Positions 59,370 to 64,000 of a stretch of DNA of 64,000 bases are shown here, piece after piece; within the stretch, counting starts at the first letter, position 1; each line of letters opens with the position of its first letter. Source of the stretch: Hyalangium minutum. Its GTDB lineage: Bacteria; Myxococcota; Myxococcia; Myxococcales; Myxococcaceae. The notes beneath the pieces are model-generated. The model did no database searches. It worked only from the letters and a program-made list of their open reading frames with translations, and was not told the DNA's origin. The translations under genes were made by a program, and so were the position numbers. The DNA lies in contig NZ_JMCB01000001.1 in assembly GCF_000737315.1 (NCBI RefSeq), positions 933,509 through 997,508 on the forward strand, read 5' to 3'.

Positions 59370-60124
59370 CGATGATGCAGAACACCCTCGGTATCAAAGT
59401 CCACGCGCCTGCGCTCGTATGCGACGACAGCCGCCCTGTGGCTGTTGTCCATACCATGGAACGCGCGCTCCCCGGTTTGCGGCTGGAGTGGACCGTCTCT
59501 GACGATCATCAAATCATCCATCTGCCGCAGCGCGATGCATGGCTCGCCCGGGCCAAGAAAAACGGAGGCTTTCCTCTCGTCTGCAACAATGACGAGCATT
59601 ACCCCGTGATGATCTCCGGGTTGGCACTTTCGGCAAGCTCTGGAGCAGGTGGCCAAGCGCAGCTTGACGTCCACGCCAAATTGCCACTGGACGCGGGTGG
59701 CATCGCCGCGGCAGCGAATGTACTGGAGGGCATCGCAGAGAGTGCTCGTGCATTCTGGGGACAAGCGACGCCCTTCGAAACGGGTGTGGAGATCTCGCGG
59801 CAGACGAGGGACCCGGTGCGTAAGCCGGGGGAACCGTCACGAGGGCTGCCAGCGCTCAAGCTCCCAGAGTCTCTGCGCTCGCCAGAGATTCCGTATCACC
59901 TGGGTTGGCTGAACTACTGGTCGGCCGCTACCGCAGAAGCCATTGGGTTCCCTGACCCTGCCCGCGACTTGGAGCTGCTCACGCGGGCGCGGCGCACGTC
60001 GTCGGGCGGATGGGTCGTGCAGCTCACCGATGCGCCGCTCGATCTCGACAACCCCGCGCACCTGGACACGCTGAAGCGGGCCTACGAGCGCTTCCCGGAG
60101 ATCGGCGGGCGCGCGGCACGGTGA
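59366..60124 (+). CDS. Cognate immunity protein (DUF5953-like)
   Basis: ATG overlaps the toxin TGA. C-terminal LGWLNYWS..TAEAIGFPDPARD.ELL...GWVVQLTDAPLDLDNPAHL..L.RAYERFPEIGGR. Confidence 0.72.
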   Translation: MTMMQNTLGIKVHAPALVCDDSRPVAVVHTMERALPGLRLEWTVSDDHQIIHLPQRDAWLARAKKNGGFPLVCNNDEHYPVMISGLALSASSGAGGQAQLDVHAKLPLDAGGIAAAANVLEGIAESARAFWGQATPFETGVEISRQTRDPVRKPGEPSRGLPALKLPESLRSPEIPYHLGWLNYWSAATAEAIGFPDPARDLELLTRARRTSSGGWVVQLTDAPLDLDNPAHLDTLKRAYERFPEIGGRAAR

Positions 60125-60166
60125 CCGATTGGCAGCCGAGGCAATAGCGGCGGGTTGCTCTGCTTG

Positions 60167-60192
60167 GAGGCGGCGGCAATCGAACCCGCCGC
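60167..60192 (-). mobile_element. att-like repeat 2: tmRNA 3'-end fragment
   Basis: GAGGCGGCGGCAATCGAACCCGCCGC, 25/26 identical to 58199-58224 in direct orientation. On the minus strand it extends to CGCCTCCA. Confidence 0.7.
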
Positions 60193-60235
60193 TTTTGAGC
60201 GGAGACGCCTGGGTTGGATCTCCATCGAACTGTGT

Positions 60236-60264
60236 CCGGCTCCCACCTGGGAACAGGGAGCCGG
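60236..60264 (-). terminator. Hairpin downstream of the pseudokinase gene
   Basis: 9-bp inverted repeat CCGGCTCCC...GGGAGCCGG. Confidence 0.5.
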
Positions 60265-60280
60265 CACGGGACGGCGCCGC

Positions 60281-61429
60281 TCAGGCCGTCGTGATGGAGG
60301 CGGCGCCCTGCCCGAGACGACGGGGGCGCCGCAAGCCCAGCTCAACCAGGGCTTCGCCCGCCTGGGCCTTCAGGCTCTTCAGCTCGGCTGCTGCCTCACT
60401 CTGGCCGAATTGCCCCGAGAGCCATCGGCGCAGGTCCGTCTCCAGCTCCCCTGCTGTCTGGTAACGCGCGGCCTTCGAGCGCTGAAAGAGCTTGCTCAGG
60501 GGGACGCGCAACATATCGGGCAGGCCCGCCAGGAGCACTTCCAGGTCTTCCGGTGTGTAGGTCGCCGCACGCCAGATCGTCTGCTCGACCGCAGCGTCAC
60601 ATCCGGCCAGCTCGGCACGCCGGATCGCGCGCTCCACGCGGGCGGCCTGCCGCTTCGGCAGCGCCGCCTTCGCCGCGCTCGAGACGCCCATATCCGCATC
60701 CAGCAGGTTCTTCCCCGTGGCCATTTCGAGCATGACGAGCCCGAGCGCGAAGAGGTCCGAGCGTGCATCCACCCGGCCGCCGAGCAGCATTTCCGGCGAC
60801 GCGAAGTAGGTATCCCCCTTGGGGCGACGCACGGTGGAGACGACGCGGCCCTTCAACGTGGAGAGCGCCAGCCCGAAATCGGAGACCTGAACCCGGCCCT
60901 CCCCATCCACGAAGACGTGAGACAGGTCGACCGCCCGGTGGACGATTCCCAGCGGGTTCCCCTTCTCGTTCTTCGCGGTGTGCGCGTGCTCCAAGGCGCT
61001 CGCCACTGCCGCGCCGACGTACACCGTGAAGAGGGGCGAGAACCAGCGGCGGCACTCCTGAACGACTCCGAGCAGCTCATCCAGCCCCTGCCCTGTCGGA
61101 TGATCGGTGATGACGTACCAAGCCTCTTCGGTCTTGTGCAGCCCGTGAACGCGGAGGATGCCCGGGTGCTGAAGGTACGTCGCGAGCCGCACTTGCTCTT
61201 CGAGCTTCGCCCGAGCCTTGAAGACGCGGTTCCCGTCCTCCACCCTCGGCGAGCCGACCGCCTTGAGCAGCACCTTCCCCTTCGGGTGCCCATCGACTCG
61301 ACGACGCGCCACAAACAAACTCAGGCCGTGATGCGCCTCGCCCAAGTCTTCGCGGAACTCGTAAGCCACCCCCTCCCTGTCGGAGAACAGAATCGCCCCC
61401 TTGGGTAGCTTGAACTCGATTGCGGCCAT
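60281..61429 (-). CDS. Ser/Thr kinase-like protein, probable pseudokinase
   Basis: Keeps VLLK, DFG, SPE and DLFALG. Catalytic loop is HRAVDLSH (no Asp, no Asn) and the Gly-loop is degenerate. GGAGG RBS before ATG 61429. Confidence 0.85.
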   Translation of the reverse strand: MAAIEFKLPKGAILFSDREGVAYEFREDLGEAHHGLSLFVARRRVDGHPKGKVLLKAVGSPRVEDGNRVFKARAKLEEQVRLATYLQHPGILRVHGLHKTEEAWYVITDHPTGQGLDELLGVVQECRRWFSPLFTVYVGAAVASALEHAHTAKNEKGNPLGIVHRAVDLSHVFVDGEGRVQVSDFGLALSTLKGRVVSTVRRPKGDTYFASPEMLLGGRVDARSDLFALGLVMLEMATGKNLLDADMGVSSAAKAALPKRQAARVERAIRRAELAGCDAAVEQTIWRAATYTPEDLEVLLAGLPDMLRVPLSKLFQRSKAARYQTAGELETDLRRWLSGQFGQSEAAAELKSLKAQAGEALVELGLRRPRRLGQGAASITTA

Positions 61430-61547
61430 GCTCGCTCCTCCCCTCGCTCGCGCGGGCACCATGCCAGGACGAGACACGCGCACACTACCCACGAGATGGG
61501 GTCGGAGGGAATGCCCGCCGACCTGCCACGTCGCCTTGCAGGACCGC

Positions 61548-63287
61548 TCAGGGCCAGTAATCCACGGGAGATCCGGTCGTACTGTTAAAGATTCTCGCGG
61601 CACCGTCTTTCACTTCGTCAGCACCCAAGTCGATGATGAAGCAAACGGGAAGCTCGTCCTGCCGCGGCAGCTTCACCCGGTCATACCTCACGAAGACTTG
61701 GCCCGGTTTGCCAGTCTTCGTCTCCCCGGGCACGACGTAGACCTTGCCGCCGAAAAACCGCGTCCCAGGGGGCGCTACCTCACGCTGCTCCGGGAGGATG
61801 GCGTCCGGAACAACCCCGACGACCGTGTCGCCCGCGCGAAGCCACACGTCCTCTAGCCGAGCGTATCGGTCATCAGCCACAACCTTAAAGTGTTGGGACT
61901 CACCCCAGCGGAGCTGCTTTCGCGTTGCGACCGCGCCCTCCGGGCAGGTGAACGGTTCGGGTCGCACCTGGGGCCCGGTGCATCCCGCCGCGAGGGCACA
62001 CGTGAGTGGCACGACTTTGCGCAGATCCGAGCCGGGGGCGGGCTTCTGTCGGCGTGCTGGCTTCGGGTCTTCGGGGGGCGGAGTCTTCACGGTTGAACCT
62101 TCCTTCTGTTCCGGGACAGGGACCGGCTCTGTGCCGACCCCAGGCGCGGTGGCGGGTGACATATCAGGAGCGGGCGGCCCGGAAGGCTCGACACGGAAGA
62201 GGCTCGACGTACCGGTCGCCCGTGGCGCTGTGGGCGGCTCTGGCGCATCCGAACGGCTCCAGAGCGCCACGACTGCGGCAAGCATGAAGGCGGCCCCCCC
62301 CGCCGCGAGCACTTTCCCCGAGCGATGGGCGCGGGCAACCGCCCTCCCGGCGGGCAACCTAGGCTGACGCTGCGCTGAGGGGGGATGCGCGGGCTCCCCG
62401 TATTCAGCCCCTGGGTCTGCATGGAGTCCCGTCAGCTCGCGGTGAAGGGCCGCCGTATCCACCGGGCGCCTCGTGGGATCTCGGGACAGCAGGTCGTCAA
62501 CGAGGTCGCTGAGCGCCTCGGGAATACGCGCGTTCAGCTCTCGCACCGGAGAAGGTGGCGCGAAGGGGTTGTTCAGACTCTCCCGCGGGCGCGTCTCCGT
62601 CGGCCGCGGATCCGTCAGCAGCTCGTAGAGCATCGCGCCGACGGTGAACAGCTCGTCAGCCACCTGGAAGGCGTAACGCGCCCGGTGCTCGTCTCTGTGC
62701 TCGCGCAGGAACTGGAATTGCTCAGGTGCGCGGAACCGATCCGTTCCAGGGGGCAGGCCGCTCTGGGTCAATTCCGCCGCTTGCGTGTGGGTCGCGCAGC
62801 TGAAGTCGATGAGGATCGGCTCGCCGTCGCTCTTTCGGATCAGCACGTTGGACAGCTTCAAGTCCCGGTGCAGGATGCCCTTGCTGTGCATGTACCTGAG
62901 AGCAGAGGCAATCTTCACGAAGACACCCAGGATTTCATGCACCGTGGGGTGCTTCTTTTCCTGCCACTCGCCCAGCGTCCAGCCTTCCACGTACTCGAGC
63001 GCGATGTACATGTTGCCAGCTTCGGCGTAGCCATACCCCAGCGGCTTGATGATGTTCGGGTGGCCCTGTTCCATCAACAGCAGCAGCACCGTCAATTCAC
63101 GCATCGCCCTCGCATGCGTCTGCATGTCGTCGCCGCTGGCATCGCGATGCCGCGCCACCTTGAGCGCTCGGAGTTGCCCATTCTTCTGCACCAGGTAGAC
63201 GACTGCGGATCCACCGTCGCCGAGTTCCCTCAGGACGTGCCAACCGTCAATGACGGTGCCAGAAGGGAGCCTGAGAAGCGTCGTCAT
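61548..63287 (-). CDS. Membrane Ser/Thr protein kinase
   Basis: LGDGGSAVVY, ALKV, HRDLKLSN, IDFS and RAPEQ. One TM segment and a C-terminal extracytoplasmic domain. Confidence 0.92.
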   Translation of the reverse strand: MTTLLRLPSGTVIDGWHVLRELGDGGSAVVYLVQKNGQLRALKVARHRDASGDDMQTHARAMRELTVLLLLMEQGHPNIIKPLGYGYAEAGNMYIALEYVEGWTLGEWQEKKHPTVHEILGVFVKIASALRYMHSKGILHRDLKLSNVLIRKSDGEPILIDFSCATHTQAAELTQSGLPPGTDRFRAPEQFQFLREHRDEHRARYAFQVADELFTVGAMLYELLTDPRPTETRPRESLNNPFAPPSPVRELNARIPEALSDLVDDLLSRDPTRRPVDTAALHRELTGLHADPGAEYGEPAHPPSAQRQPRLPAGRAVARAHRSGKVLAAGGAAFMLAAVVALWSRSDAPEPPTAPRATGTSSLFRVEPSGPPAPDMSPATAPGVGTEPVPVPEQKEGSTVKTPPPEDPKPARRQKPAPGSDLRKVVPLTCALAAGCTGPQVRPEPFTCPEGAVATRKQLRWGESQHFKVVADDRYARLEDVWLRAGDTVVGVVPDAILPEQREVAPPGTRFFGGKVYVVPGETKTGKPGQVFVRYDRVKLPRQDELPVCFIIDLGADEVKDGAARIFNSTTGSPVDYWP

Positions 63288-64000
63288 GGCTTGCCCTCCT
63301 CAACGGGCTTGGGAAGGTTCGCACGTGGAATGACAAGGCTGCGGCCATCCCCCCCGTCCACTTCCACCGTGAAGACAAGTCCGGCACTCGGGGGCGGCTC
63401 TTCCGCGACGACGAGCACCCGAATCACTCCCTCGGGAGTGCTCGCATCCACCGCAGCTGTCACGAGACGTGCCCGCAGCGGAACTCCTCCCTTTCCCGTC
63501 AACGTCGCATCACGTGGCGCAAAGAGCGGGCGACCGGGAAAACTGTTGATCACGACGTCGAAAAGCACCCACCCATTGCCGCGATAGGACACGCCCCGGT
63601 CCGTCCAGAGTCCCTGCGCACGGTCCTTGACGGGCTCAATGACCGCGGTCTGAACGCCGCGGTCGTTCACGTATCCTTTCAGCACGAAGTCTTCCGGCCT
63701 GGGCTCGGGGCGCTGCACTTCGGGGGGGCACGCCGCCGGCGGCTCGGGGCGCTTCACATCGATCCGGAGGTCCACTTCGGCCGGGTCCATGACGAGCACG
63801 AACGCGGCCCGAGCGGGGGCCCTCCCATCCGCGAAGAAGACCGCCAGCTCGTGACGCTCGCCGACCCGGGAGTCCGCCGCAGCCTGGACGATGATCGAGC
63901 GTAAGAGTTCACCGGCTCAAGCAGCCAGAGCAGCCGGAGCGGTCTCGAAGCTCGGGAGTAGCGAGGGAGGCTGGAGGCCGTGGCGGTGCGCCGCCAAGGC
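63284..64000 (-). pseudogene. DUF2381-like protein, 5' part disrupted and running off the window
   Basis: RSIIVQ...FFADGRAPARAAFVLV.DPAEVD.RIDV and a C-terminal LRARLV...RVLVVAEEP pattern. In-frame TGA at 63917-63919. The stop is ATGA-coupled to the kinase. Confidence 0.6.

Noticed and set aside
55018-64000. Prophage or IS element
   Set aside because: No integrase, transposase, terminal inverted repeats or phage structural genes are visible inside the window.

Overview
GC-rich myxobacterial chromosomal DNA (Archangiaceae/Cystobacteraceae-like, inferred from gene content and strong GC3 bias). No intact rRNA, tRNA or CRISPR array was seen. The window is mostly accessory genes. Secreted/lipoprotein enzymes: tannase-family esterase, GH13, pectinacetylesterase-like hydrolase, M4 protease, PG-binding/M15-like peptidase. 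Large repeat surface proteins: BNR, WD40, a 21-repeat Kelch protein, a duplicated choice-of-anchor A protein and two paralogous Ig-tail (DUF5011-like) proteins. Metabolic genes: P450, AhpD-like, cupin plus HO-like diiron oxidase, thiolase, crotonase, Lrp-aminotransferase, amino-acid ABC, YgiQ radical SAM, D-amino-acid oxidase. Conflict systems: a 2143-aa PNP-NACHT NLR-like protein, two lipoprotein toxin/immunity-like pairs and a three-gene putative secreted membrane-effector operon. The right end looks like a decayed integrative island. Two 26-bp direct repeats resembling the tmRNA 3' end (58199-58224, 60167-60192) bracket a SitA-like nuclease toxin-immunity cassette, followed by a pseudokinase/kinase/DUF2381-like module. 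Several gene remnants missed by the ORF track mark deletion scars. Family names come from motif recognition only; no database search was run.
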